The notes: generated by a model from the letters alone, not told the origin. DNA of 64,000 nt from an uncultured Planctomycetota bacterium (GCA_963752285.1 CAVVXN010000002.1:416001-480000), one strand, 5' to 3'. Shown: positions 51,802 through 60,904, counted from the first letter of the stretch. Made by a program: numbers and translations.

Positions 51802-53181
51802 ATGGCCTTCTTGCGCAATGACGGCCTGTGGCGCTGGGCCATCGTCGCCGTCGCCTTCGGCGTGGTGGGGTGCGCCGTCGCGCTGAACGCCCCGCGCCCC
51901 ACGATGGTTCCGGCGAACGTGTACCGCGCGCCTGCGCCCCCGCTCCCCGCCGGTCGGGCCGTTTTGGGCCCCCGCCTTCCGCACGAGAAGCACGCGGACC
52001 TCGGCCTGGGCTGTACCGACTGCCACGGGGTGGACGAGAAGACCGGCGAGCCCACGTACCCCAAGCCCGAGGTCTGCCTCGACTGCCACCAGGACATTCA
52101 GGACGAGGCGAAGACGCCCCCCGAGAAGCGCGTCGAGAACCTGTTCTTCGACCCGCAGGGCCTGCCGCGGTGGAAGCGCTCGATCGTGGGCTACCCGGCG
52201 GACGTCCGTTTCTCGCACAAGACCCACGCCACGGCCAACCTCGAGTGCGCCGAGTGCCACGGCAAGATGAAGGGCACGGAGCGGGTCCAGCACAAGGTCC
52301 TCCAGAAGAGCCAGTGCCTGGCCTGCCACCAGGAGCGGGACGTCTCGCTCCAGTGCGCCATCTGCCACCGCGCGACCCGCGCCGACGTGCCCCCGCCGAG
52401 CCACCAGCCCCAGACCGACTGGGAGGTGCTGCACGGGAAGACGGTTCTCGCGGCCGAGGCCCAGGGGACGAGTTCCTCCTGCCAGTACTGCCACGCCACG
52501 TCCTACTGCAACGAGTGCCACCAGGCCCGCAAGCCGTCGTCCCACGGCTTCGACTGGGAGCGACGTCACGGCCAGCTCGTCTGGCAGGCGGGGAGCCCCG
52601 ACGCCGCGAGCTGCACCTTCTGTCATCGCGACGCCGCGTTCTGTGACGGCTGCCACCAGAACCGGAAGCCCAGCTCCCACGACCACCTCTGGGAGAAGAG
52701 ACACGGCGTGCTGGCCCGCGCCGGCGACATGAGCGGCATGGCGCGGTGCACGTTCTGCCACGACAAGCCTTCCTTCTGCGAGGACTGCCACAAGGAGAAC
52801 CCGCCGCGCGACCACACCGACATCTTCCGGACGCGGACGCACGGCATGATGGCCTCCCTCGACCGCACGCGATGCATGGTCTGCCACCAGACCGACTTCT
52901 GCGTGCGCTGCCACGAGGACACCGCACCGCGCTCCCACCGCGGGCTCTGGGCCCACCTGCGGGACACGCACTGCATGCAGTGCCACTTCCCGATCCAGCA
53001 GGAGCCCGAGTGCGCGGTGTGCCACAAGCAGAACCCCACCCACGACACCGCGCCGGACCAGCCGCCGAGCCACACGCCCGGCCTCAACTGCCGTGCGTGT
53101 CACACGCCCGTGGGCGTGGGGGGGGCGCCGCCGTTGCGGCACGTTGACAACGGGACCCCCTGCCAGTTCTGCCACCACTAA
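51802..53181 (+). CDS. 17-heme c-type cytochrome (c3/c7-like N-terminus plus repeated diheme units), possible lipoprotein
   Basis: 17 CxxCH counted in 459 aa; repeated PxSH...WxxxHG...CxxCH...CxxCH; N-terminal hydrophobic stretch ending VVGC. Confidence 0.92.
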   Translation: MAFLRNDGLWRWAIVAVAFGVVGCAVALNAPRPTMVPANVYRAPAPPLPAGRAVLGPRLPHEKHADLGLGCTDCHGVDEKTGEPTYPKPEVCLDCHQDIQDEAKTPPEKRVENLFFDPQGLPRWKRSIVGYPADVRFSHKTHATANLECAECHGKMKGTERVQHKVLQKSQCLACHQERDVSLQCAICHRATRADVPPPSHQPQTDWEVLHGKTVLAAEAQGTSSSCQYCHATSYCNECHQARKPSSHGFDWERRHGQLVWQAGSPDAASCTFCHRDAAFCDGCHQNRKPSSHDHLWEKRHGVLARAGDMSGMARCTFCHDKPSFCEDCHKENPPRDHTDIFRTRTHGMMASLDRTRCMVCHQTDFCVRCHEDTAPRSHRGLWAHLRDTHCMQCHFPIQQEPECAVCHKQNPTHDTAPDQPPSHTPGLNCRACHTPVGVGGAPPLRHVDNGTPCQFCHH

Positions 53182-53182
53182 C

Positions 53183-53286
53183 GCCGGCGCGCTGAGGGCC
53201 CCGTTCGCGGCCCTTCCTCCTCCTTGCGTGCATTCGCACGCGGCGTCGTCGTCATGACCACTCCTTGGGGCCCTCAGCGCGCCGGC
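53183..53286. mobile_element. 104-bp MITE/REPIN-like or structured element with perfect 20-bp terminal inverted repeats
   Basis: GCCGGCGCGCTGAGGGCCCC (53183-53202) and its exact reverse complement (53267-53286); internal hairpin GCGTGC-ATTC-GCACGC; no clear TSD. Confidence 0.5.
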
Positions 53287-53302
53287 TGCGTGCGGGCGCG
53301 GC

Positions 53303-53670
53303 GCGGGGGGCTCGCGGGCCCGCCTTCGGCGGGGCCGCATCGCGGGCTTGGTGCGGGGGGCTCGCGGGCCCGCCTTCGGCGGGGCCGCATCGCGGGCTTG
53401 GTGCGGGGGGCTTGCGGGCCCGCCTTTGGCGGGGCCGCATCGCGGGCTGTGGTGCGGGGGGCTCGCGGGCCCGCCTTTGGCGGGGCCGCATCGCGGGTGT
53501 GGTGCGGGGGGCTCGCGGGCCCGCCTTCGGCGGGGCCGCATCGCGGGGTGGGGTGGGGGGCTTGCGGGCCCGCCTTGGGCGGGGCCGCATCGCGGGGGTG
53601 GTGCGGGGGGATTGCGGGCCCGCCTTTGGCGGGGCCGCATCGCGGGGGTGGGGTGGGGGGGGCTTGCGGG
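53303..53670. repeat. Tandem array of ~50-bp G-rich hairpin (REP-like) repeats, 7 copies plus a partial
   Basis: Unit GCGGGGGGCTCGCGGGCCCGCCTTCGGCGGGGCCGCATCGCGGGCTTGGT; stem GCGG-g-CCCGCC/GGCGGG-g-CCGC with a TTC/TTT/TTG loop. Confidence 0.92.
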
Positions 53671-53753
53671 ACCGTTTTGGGCGCTCCGGGAAAGGTTTGG
53701 GTGGGGCGTCGCGTTCGGGATCATGTCGCGAACGTCGTTCGGGAGTCGGTATC

Positions 53754-55826
53754 GTGCGGCTCGCGTGGCTCGCGTGGCTCGGTGGGGTCGTCTTGGCGCT
53801 CGGGCTCTCGCTCGGGGTGGGGGTTCGGGCGGCTCGGGCGGACGACGAGGTCACCGACCAGACGCTCGAGGACCACGAGTGCCTGTCGTGCCACGGGTTT
53901 GCGAAGAACGAGGAGAAGGCGCCCTTCGTGGACGGGCGACTGTTCCTCGTCTCGGTGCACAAGGACGTCGCTTGCACCGACTGCCATGGCGACTACGAGG
54001 GCAACCATCCCCAGAAGATGGCCCCGCCCGAGTCGTGCGCCTCGTGTCACTCCGACGAGTACGACCAGGTCAAGAAGAGCGTCCACGGCGTACGGTTCCC
54101 CGGGCCCGAGGCGCCCGAGACCTCGCCCGCCTGCGGGGCCTGCCACGGGATCCACGACGTCTTCAAGCCCACGGACCGCCGGTCGCACCTGTTCCCGCTC
54201 GAGGTCCCGTTCACCTGCGGGCGCTGCCACGCGAACGAGAAGGACGGCACGCCGACGCCCGCCTCCGAGCGGCCCACGGTCGATCAGCTCCTCTCGACGC
54301 TCTACGCCGACGACACGCACGGCGCGGCGCTCCTCAAGGCCGGGCTGGTCACGGCGCCGACGTGTGTCACCTGCCACGGCAAGCACGACATCCGGCACCC
54401 GGAGGACCCGGCCGCGTCGGTCAACCGGATGAACGTGTCGAAGACGTGCGGCCAGTGCCACGTCGGGATCTACGAGCACTACGTCGAGAGCATCCACGGC
54501 ACCACGCCCCGGGGCCATCCCGAGAACAACGCGAACAAGCGGGAGCCCGCCACCTGCACGGACTGCCACACGCCGCACGGGATCGAGCGTGTGGGGCTCC
54601 ACTTCAAGCTGAAGATCATCCAGACATGCTCGCGCTGCCACGGCGAGCGCGGCCGGACGTACAAGGGCACGTACCACGGTCACATCTCGGAGATCGGGCT
54701 GGGCGGCGTCGCGGCGTGCAGCGACTGCCACACCGCGCACGACATCCTGCCGTCCAGCGACCCGCGTTCCTCCGTGAACCCCGCCCACCGGACCGCGACG
54801 TGCGCGAAGTGCCACGAGGGCGCGACGCCCCGGTTCGCGAGCTACCTGGTGCACGCGAACCCGGACGACCCGAAGCGCTTCCCCATCCTCTATTACGCGC
54901 GCACCATCATGCGCGACCTGATCCTGGGCACCTGGGCCCTGTGGGGTCTCCACACGCTCCTCTGGCTGTTCCGCGCGTGGAAGGACCGGAAGAGGATTCG
55001 GGCGCACATCGAACCGGTGAGCGGGCGGTGGTACCGGCGCTGGCCCTGGAGCTACCGCGCGATCCACCTCACGCTGATCTTCTCGTTCCTGCTCCTCGCC
55101 ATGACCGGCATCCCGCTCCGCTTCAGCGAGGCGCCCTGGGCGCGGACCGTGTTCGACTTCCTGGGAGGGGCTGCGAACTGCCGGCTTCTCCACCGCATTG
55201 GCGCGGCCTTGACCTTCGCGTACGCCCTGGCCTTCGTCGTGATGATCGCCGTGCGCCTGGCCCGGGGCGAGCGTGGCATCTTCCGCGGGCCCTCGTCCCT
55301 CCTCCCGCGCGTGAAGGACCTCCACGACATCCGGGCGAACCTCAAGTGGTTCGTGAAGGGCGGGCACCCTCCGGCCTTCGACCGCTGGACCTACTACGAG
55401 AAGTTCGACTTCCTCGCCGAGGTCTGGGGGGTGATGTTCATCGGGATCACGGGCCTGGTCATGTGGTTCCCGATCTTCTTCACCGACTTCCTTCCCGGCT
55501 GGGGCATCAACCTCGCCAACATCTTCCACTCGTACGAGGCGCTGCTCGCGACGACGTTCATCTTCACGGTGCACTTCTTCAACGCGAACCTGCGGCCAGG
55601 GAAGTTCCCCGTGGACCCGATGTTCCTGCACGGCCGCATCTCCGAGGAAGAGCTGCGCCACGAGCGGCCGGCCGAGTACGAGCGCATGCGCGCCGAGGGC
55701 CGCCTCGAGAGCGAGGCCCTGCCGCCGCCCAACGAGCGCGTGACCGAGCGCGCCCACATCATGGGCATCCTGCTCATGTCGATCGGTCTCGTGCTCGTCC
55801 TCCTCATGGCCAGCACGCTTCTCTGA
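53754..55826 (+). CDS. CbcL-like inner-membrane protein: 11-heme c domain plus FdnI/HydC-type cytochrome b domain
   Basis: GTG after GGGAG; signal peptide; 11 CxxCH; TM domain with AIHLTLIFSF, LLHRIGA, YYEKFDF, IFHSYEALLA, TVHFFN. Confidence 0.9.
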   Translation: MRLAWLAWLGGVVLALGLSLGVGVRAARADDEVTDQTLEDHECLSCHGFAKNEEKAPFVDGRLFLVSVHKDVACTDCHGDYEGNHPQKMAPPESCASCHSDEYDQVKKSVHGVRFPGPEAPETSPACGACHGIHDVFKPTDRRSHLFPLEVPFTCGRCHANEKDGTPTPASERPTVDQLLSTLYADDTHGAALLKAGLVTAPTCVTCHGKHDIRHPEDPAASVNRMNVSKTCGQCHVGIYEHYVESIHGTTPRGHPENNANKREPATCTDCHTPHGIERVGLHFKLKIIQTCSRCHGERGRTYKGTYHGHISEIGLGGVAACSDCHTAHDILPSSDPRSSVNPAHRTATCAKCHEGATPRFASYLVHANPDDPKRFPILYYARTIMRDLILGTWALWGLHTLLWLFRAWKDRKRIRAHIEPVSGRWYRRWPWSYRAIHLTLIFSFLLLAMTGIPLRFSEAPWARTVFDFLGGAANCRLLHRIGAALTFAYALAFVVMIAVRLARGERGIFRGPSSLLPRVKDLHDIRANLKWFVKGGHPPAFDRWTYYEKFDFLAEVWGVMFIGITGLVMWFPIFFTDFLPGWGINLANIFHSYEALLATTFIFTVHFFNANLRPGKFPVDPMFLHGRISEEELRHERPAEYERMRAEGRLESEALPPPNERVTERAHIMGILLMSIGLVLVLLMASTLL

Positions 55827-55993
55827 CCCGTCGCCCGGACCGGGCGCTCGGGACGGGGGACCCGGGCACCGCGGCCCGGCCGGCCTCCGCCCGAGCGCAG
55901 GCGCCCGTCCACCGTGGGGCGTGAACCGCGCGCTCTCGAATCGCCGGGAAGCGCACGTTTGCGGGTCGGCGATCGGCCATTAGGATCCTCCGA

Positions 55994-57019
55994 ATGAAGA
56001 CCGTGCCCCCGCCCGCCGGCCCGGCCGACGGTGATGGTCCGCGCCGCTGGGCGGTCGTCGTGGGCACGATCGGGGGCCTCTTCCTCGGCGTCGTGTTCTT
56101 CGTCGCCGTCTGGGGGGTCCCGCCGATCCGCCTCGGCAAGGTGGGCGACCCGGAGGCGTTCGCGCAGGTCCTCCAGCTCGAGCGCCTCGTGGTGGTGCTG
56201 AGCCCCTTCGAGGCGGCGGTGTTCGCGATCGGAGTGGAGGCCGCCGTGGCCTTCTTCCTGCTGCTCGGGATCCGCCGGCTCTGGGTCCTGGTGCCCGTGA
56301 CGTTGGTGGTGGTCTTCTTCATGTACCTGAACGGCCGAGCGTATCTCGCGTGGATCCAGGGCGAGAAGCTCCCCGAGATGTCGTGCGGCTGTTTCGGGAA
56401 CCTCGTAGACCGCTCGCCCGCGGAGGCGTTCTGGCAGGACGCGGCCCTCCTGCTCCCCGCGCTGCTCATGGCGTACGTGGGCCGTCCCAGAGGGGAGGGC
56501 GCCTCCGCGCCTCCCGTTCGGACGGCGCTGGCGGGCCTCCTCACCATGGGCACCGTGTTCTTCGCGGCGGCCGCGCCCGAGATGAGGCTCGACGACCTTT
56601 CGACGCGGCTCCGGCCCGGAACGGACCTTCGCACCGTCTGCGCCGGCACGGGTCCGGAGCACCTGTGCCTGGCGGGCGAAGCCCTCGCGCCCGGGCTTAC
56701 GGAGGGCGAACACGTCGTCGTGCTCGCCGACCTCACCGACCCGGACTTCCAGGCGGAGGTGGCGCACCGGAGCCAGGAGCTCCTCGACTTCGCCGCGCGC
56801 GAGGACGCGCCCGACATCCTCGTTCTGTTCAGCGGGCCCAAGGAGCAGGCGACCGCGTTCCAGTTCCAGGCCCTCGCGCCCCCGTTCCAGTACCAGGACG
56901 TGCCGGCGGCGCTGCTGAGACCCCTGCACCGTCGTCTGCCGCGTACGTTCGTGGTTCGAGACGGCGTCGTGCGCGCGACCTACTCTGGACTGCCCCCGAT
57001 GGCCGATCTGGACCTGTGA
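55994..57019 (+). CDS. MauE/DoxX-family redox membrane protein with a C-terminal thioredoxin-like domain
   Basis: TM helices, SCGCFG motif, C-terminal LPRTFVVRDGVV. Confidence 0.8.
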   Translation: MKTVPPPAGPADGDGPRRWAVVVGTIGGLFLGVVFFVAVWGVPPIRLGKVGDPEAFAQVLQLERLVVVLSPFEAAVFAIGVEAAVAFFLLLGIRRLWVLVPVTLVVVFFMYLNGRAYLAWIQGEKLPEMSCGCFGNLVDRSPAEAFWQDAALLLPALLMAYVGRPRGEGASAPPVRTALAGLLTMGTVFFAAAAPEMRLDDLSTRLRPGTDLRTVCAGTGPEHLCLAGEALAPGLTEGEHVVVLADLTDPDFQAEVAHRSQELLDFAAREDAPDILVLFSGPKEQATAFQFQALAPPFQYQDVPAALLRPLHRRLPRTFVVRDGVVRATYSGLPPMADLDL

Positions 57020-57042
57020 ACCCGGTCCCCCGAGGCTCCTCC

Positions 57043-57870
57043 ATGCGCCGCATCCACCCCCCGAGCCGCTGGGCGGCGATCCTCGTTCTCGCCACGCTGG
57101 CGGGGGTCCCCTCCGCGCGTGCCGGCGACGACACCGGGGACGCGCATCCGACCCTCCGCGACTTCCAGGCGACGGGGCAGTACGTCCTCTGGGCCAAGGA
57201 CGAGGCGGTGGACCAGGCGACGATCTACTACTCGGAGCCCTCGGCGGCGTATTTGATCGTCACGGAGGCCTTCCCCGACGCGGTGCTGATCCTGCCGCGC
57301 ACCCGTTGTGTCGAGTCGGTCAAGTCGGACGAGATGATCGAGCGGGACGACGGCGGCATCGACGTGAAGAAGGAGGCGATGCCCTGCGGTCTCGGCCGGT
57401 TCCGCCTGGAGGGAGCCGACGTGGTGTTCGACGTCGGCGACATCCCCGCCCGGCTGAAGCCGAAGCCGCCCCTGCTCGGCGGGCATCGGCGCGACGCGCT
57501 CCTCGAGCACTCACCGGAGTACGCGCGGGGCGCGAAGGCCTACAAGCCCGACATGGACGTCATCGAGCAGATGAAGAAGGCCAACAAGAAGGCCCGCATC
57601 CAGATCTTCTTCGGCTCGTGGTGTTCGTTCTGTGCCCGCTTCGTTCCCCACATCCTGCGCGTGGAGGAGGAGCTCCAGGGCACCGACCTTTCGTTCGAGT
57701 ACTTCGGCCTGGAGCCGCCGCCGGCGGCGTGGGTCGGCGAGACGGCGACGAAGATGGGAATCAAGAGACTCCCCACGGGCATCATCTTCGTGGACGACAA
57801 GGAGATCGGCCGGATCATCGGGACCGAGTGGATCCGCCCCGAGGTCGCGCTGGCGCGCTTCCTCCGCTGA
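57043..57870 (+). CDS. Exported thioredoxin-family protein
   Basis: Signal peptide (ARA); FFGSWCSFC; cis-Pro loop RLPT; KEIGRIIG. Confidence 0.85.
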   Translation: MRRIHPPSRWAAILVLATLAGVPSARAGDDTGDAHPTLRDFQATGQYVLWAKDEAVDQATIYYSEPSAAYLIVTEAFPDAVLILPRTRCVESVKSDEMIERDDGGIDVKKEAMPCGLGRFRLEGADVVFDVGDIPARLKPKPPLLGGHRRDALLEHSPEYARGAKAYKPDMDVIEQMKKANKKARIQIFFGSWCSFCARFVPHILRVEEELQGTDLSFEYFGLEPPPAAWVGETATKMGIKRLPTGIIFVDDKEIGRIIGTEWIRPEVALARFLR

Positions 57871-57947
57871 CGCGGACCCGCGCCGCGACCCGGGCGTCGC
57901 CGCATCCCGGCCCACGCCGGATCCGCCCGCGCGGCGCACCTACGAGA

Positions 57948-57978
57948 GCGCCCCGCGCGGCGGGGCCGCGCGGGGCGC
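57948..57978. terminator. Hairpin between convergent genes
   Basis: GCGCCCCGCGCGGC-GGG-GCCGCGCGGGGCGC, perfect 14-bp stem. Confidence 0.6.
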
Positions 57979-57997
57979 GAGGGGGAGACTCCGAACG

Positions 57998-60526
57998 CTA
58001 GGGCAGCGCGAAGCTCGCGCCCGACAGCGCGCCGAGCGTGTGGGTGAACACGTCCGAGACGAAGCCCGGGTTGTGGAAGGACTTGCTGCGGTCCGCCTCG
58101 AGCATGGAGAAGTTCCAGCCCGCCTTCGCGAGCACCACCTCGGGGTTCCCGGCGAAGAGGCCGTTCAGGTAGAGCGAGCCCATCGGGAGATCGAGCGGGT
58201 CGAGGATCGTCGTGCCGCCGTGGAGCTGCACGTGGTAGATCCAGGAGCCGCCGATCTGGATGTTCATGCCCTGCCGCCCGTGCGACTCGGCGAACTCCAA
58301 CCCCCCGACGACCGACGTGGAGTCGATCGTGGCGGCGAGCGGGGTCGCCTCGTCGAGCGTCGAGCCGGTGAGGGCGATGCGGTATCCCGCACCGACCAGC
58401 GACTGGATCTCGTCCGCGAGCTTGGACTCGATGGTGAGCTTCAGGTCCTCGATGCTGGTCTCGAACTGCTTCTCGAGCGTGCCGCCGTCGAAGGCGCCGT
58501 GGCAGTTCGAGCAGATCGAGACGTCGGCGGTGAAGCCGTGGTTGGCGCCCGCGCCGCTCAGGCTGTAGTCCGCCGGGGGCGGGCTCATCTGGACGTGGCA
58601 GGTGACGCAGGTGTCCTTCAGGAAGCCGTGGGGGCCGCGGCTCGGCGTCGAGACGAAGAACATGTTCTGGCCGAAGAGCACGTCCGTCTGCGGGCCCTGG
58701 TGGGGCGCCCGGTCGGGCGAGTCGAGGCCCGTCACGTCGTTCCTCAGACCGCGCCGGCCGTTGTGGCACTCCATGCACATCGCGCCCTTGCCGACGTTCG
58801 TCGCGCTGAACCCCGACTCGAGGTTCATCGCGTTGTCCTCGACGCGCATGTGCGCGTCGTTCGCGTCGCCGGAGACCGTTCCGACGTTGTGCGGGTCGTG
58901 GCAGACCACGCACGTGATCGGGTGGACCGTATCGGCCGTCGGCGCGGCATCGACCACCCCGTCCGGCAGCCAGTCGAGGAAGCCCTGTGCGGAGTGGCAC
59001 TTCGCGCAGCTCTTGTTGGTGCCCTCAGCGATGGCGACCTCGTAGTTGCCGTGCGCGCTGTTCTCCCACTGCTGGAAGCGGCCGTGCCGCGGCGGTTCGC
59101 CGTGGCAGGAGCCGCACACGTCCGACGCCATGGAAACGCGGTACACGTCGTTGCCCATGTGGCTGCTGCCCTGGCCGTTCGGGCCGTGGCAGTTCTCACA
59201 CTGGATGTTGCCCTTCTGGGCGACCGTGGGCCACGTCGAGAGCACCTTGGCCCAGTTCCCCATGTCCATCGTCATGTGGCCACCGGGGAACATGCCGGCG
59301 TAGAAGTCGGCGTACTGCGGCGTGTCGTCCAGCCCGTCGTTCGTCGCGTCGAGGTCGAAGCCCACGGTGTGGCACGCGAAGCAGCTGCTGCTGTAGTGGT
59401 CGCTCGTGTTCAGGTTGTCCTTGAAGATCGAGGCGTGCCCGGTCTTGGCCCAGTCCGTGAATTTCTCGGGGAAGATGCCGGAGTGACAGGACATCGTGCA
59501 GGACATCGTCGGGTTGCCGGCGGCGTCCATGCCGTCGATCCCGCCGACCCACTTGCCGGCGTAGACGTCCAGGTTGACCGTCGTGCTCGTCGCGAGGTCC
59601 GTCACCGCGAGGGTGTACTTCCCCGTGACGTCGGGCACGAACCAGGGGTACCGGGTCGTGGCGTCGGAGAGCGTCGCCGTGGAGGTCCCCGGCGCCGCCT
59701 GGATCGTCCAGTCGTACGACGCCTGGGTCTTCCCGCCGAGCAGGACCGGCACGCCGACCGGCACGTTCTGGAGGCCCGTCGTCCAGGCGACGAAGGGCAG
59801 CTTCGCGGCGACCGCGGCCGTCGCCTTGTACGTGCCGCTCGTCGTCGTCACGGTGCACTGGAGGTCCACCGCCGCGCCGAGGTCGGCGACCTCGGGGTTG
59901 AGCGGGACCACCCGCCAGCGCTCGAGCTGCTCGATGCTGCCCACGAGGGCGGTCTTGTAGGCCGCGATCGCGGCCAGCGTCACGTCCGTCGTCGCCGCGG
60001 TCGGCGCCGTGATCGTCGCCGTGGCGCCCGTGCCCGTCTGCGACCAGGAGTAGCCGCTGACCGTCGATCCGTCGTAGATCGTCGGCGTGGCCGTCAGCGC
60101 GAACGACGCCCCGGGAGCGGGGCCCGTCGGCGCGCCCGTGATCTTCACGGTCACGTGCGCCGTCGGCATGAGGTCGAGGTTGCACGTGGTCGTGCCGGCT
60201 GCGAGGACGCTCACGCTGTCGGCGCCCGCCGTGAACCCGGTCGGCGCGCAGGCGAGTCCGTAGCTGCCCACCGGCAGCGTCGCGGTGTAGTGACCGGTCG
60301 CGTCGGTCACGGGGTTCACACCCGCCACGGCGGGCGTGAGGGTAACGGGCGCCCCTGCGAGGGGAGCGCCGCTCATGGCGTTGGTCACCTGACCGGTCAG
60401 CGTGCCGGTGCTCGCGCCGGGGAGGCCGGGCGCGCCGTTGCTGCCGGAACCGCAGGCGGCCAACGACAGGCAGAGGAAGGTGGCGAGCAGCCACCCGCCT
60501 CGATGGAAGCGAGTCGCAGGCGTCAT
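57998..60526 (-). CDS. Lipoprotein multiheme cytochrome c (8 CxxCH + 1 CxxxCH) with N-terminal carboxypeptidase-regulatory-like/Ig-like domains
   Basis: AGGAG RBS, lipobox LAAC; GTLTGQVTNA...TDATGHY...LPVGSY; motifs CTMSCH, CFACH, CENCH, CGSCH, CAKCH, CVVCH, CMECH, CVTCH, CSNCH; C-terminal SFHNP. Confidence 0.9.
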   Translation of the reverse strand: MTPATRFHRGGWLLATFLCLSLAACGSGSNGAPGLPGASTGTLTGQVTNAMSGAPLAGAPVTLTPAVAGVNPVTDATGHYTATLPVGSYGLACAPTGFTAGADSVSVLAAGTTTCNLDLMPTAHVTVKITGAPTGPAPGASFALTATPTIYDGSTVSGYSWSQTGTGATATITAPTAATTDVTLAAIAAYKTALVGSIEQLERWRVVPLNPEVADLGAAVDLQCTVTTTSGTYKATAAVAAKLPFVAWTTGLQNVPVGVPVLLGGKTQASYDWTIQAAPGTSTATLSDATTRYPWFVPDVTGKYTLAVTDLATSTTVNLDVYAGKWVGGIDGMDAAGNPTMSCTMSCHSGIFPEKFTDWAKTGHASIFKDNLNTSDHYSSSCFACHTVGFDLDATNDGLDDTPQYADFYAGMFPGGHMTMDMGNWAKVLSTWPTVAQKGNIQCENCHGPNGQGSSHMGNDVYRVSMASDVCGSCHGEPPRHGRFQQWENSAHGNYEVAIAEGTNKSCAKCHSAQGFLDWLPDGVVDAAPTADTVHPITCVVCHDPHNVGTVSGDANDAHMRVEDNAMNLESGFSATNVGKGAMCMECHNGRRGLRNDVTGLDSPDRAPHQGPQTDVLFGQNMFFVSTPSRGPHGFLKDTCVTCHVQMSPPPADYSLSGAGANHGFTADVSICSNCHGAFDGGTLEKQFETSIEDLKLTIESKLADEIQSLVGAGYRIALTGSTLDEATPLAATIDSTSVVGGLEFAESHGRQGMNIQIGGSWIYHVQLHGGTTILDPLDLPMGSLYLNGLFAGNPEVVLAKAGWNFSMLEADRSKSFHNPGFVSDVFTHTLGALSGASFALP

Positions 60527-60810
60527 GCTGATCTCCTGGTACCGATGTGCAGGTCGGGGCGCGGCGGGAACGGGAATTCCGCCCCCGACCCGCGTGATCC
60601 GCCGACGGAGCCTGGCGGCGACGACGTGGCGGCAGAGCGCGTCGAGACTGCGGGCGCGGTCGTCCTGGTGTCTCGGGTGCGGAGCAAGCGCCTTGTCGTT
60701 CATCCGACGGGCCTCGTCTCAGCGAATCGTCCCTCTTGGGGCGGAGTGTATTCGTGCCGTGGCGTCTTCCCAATCTTTGCGACGGTGTTCCGTGCGGAAT
60801 GCGTTGTTGA

Positions 60811-60859
60811 TTGCATAGTATGCAAACGAATCGTGCAGATTGAATGCAACGTTGTTGCA
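60811..60859. promoter_or_regulatory. AT-rich operator-like patch with two 15-bp palindromes
   Basis: TTGCATA-G-TATGCAA (60811-60825) and TGCAAC-GTT-GTTGCA (60845-60859), upstream of the 60526 gene. Confidence 0.55.
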
Positions 60860-60904
60860 GCGAGGACCCCGGCGCCATGCCGCGCGCGCGCCCCGGAAAT
60901 GCGA

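Noticed and set aside
48971..52927. 1318-aa antisense ORF and many similar Arg/Pro/Gly-rich ORFs across the window
   Set aside because: These are shadow frames of well-supported genes in high-GC DNA.
53303..53670. CRISPR array, or coding N-terminus of the CbcL-like ORF (track start 53265)
   Set aside because: There are no unique spacers and no cas genes. The 50-bp unit is not a multiple of 3, and an RBS plus signal peptide begin at 53754.
60680..60765. sigma54 promoter upstream of the nine-heme gene
   Set aside because: The two candidates (GACAAGGCGCTTGC and GGCACGAATACACT on the minus strand) each lack one invariant dinucleotide.
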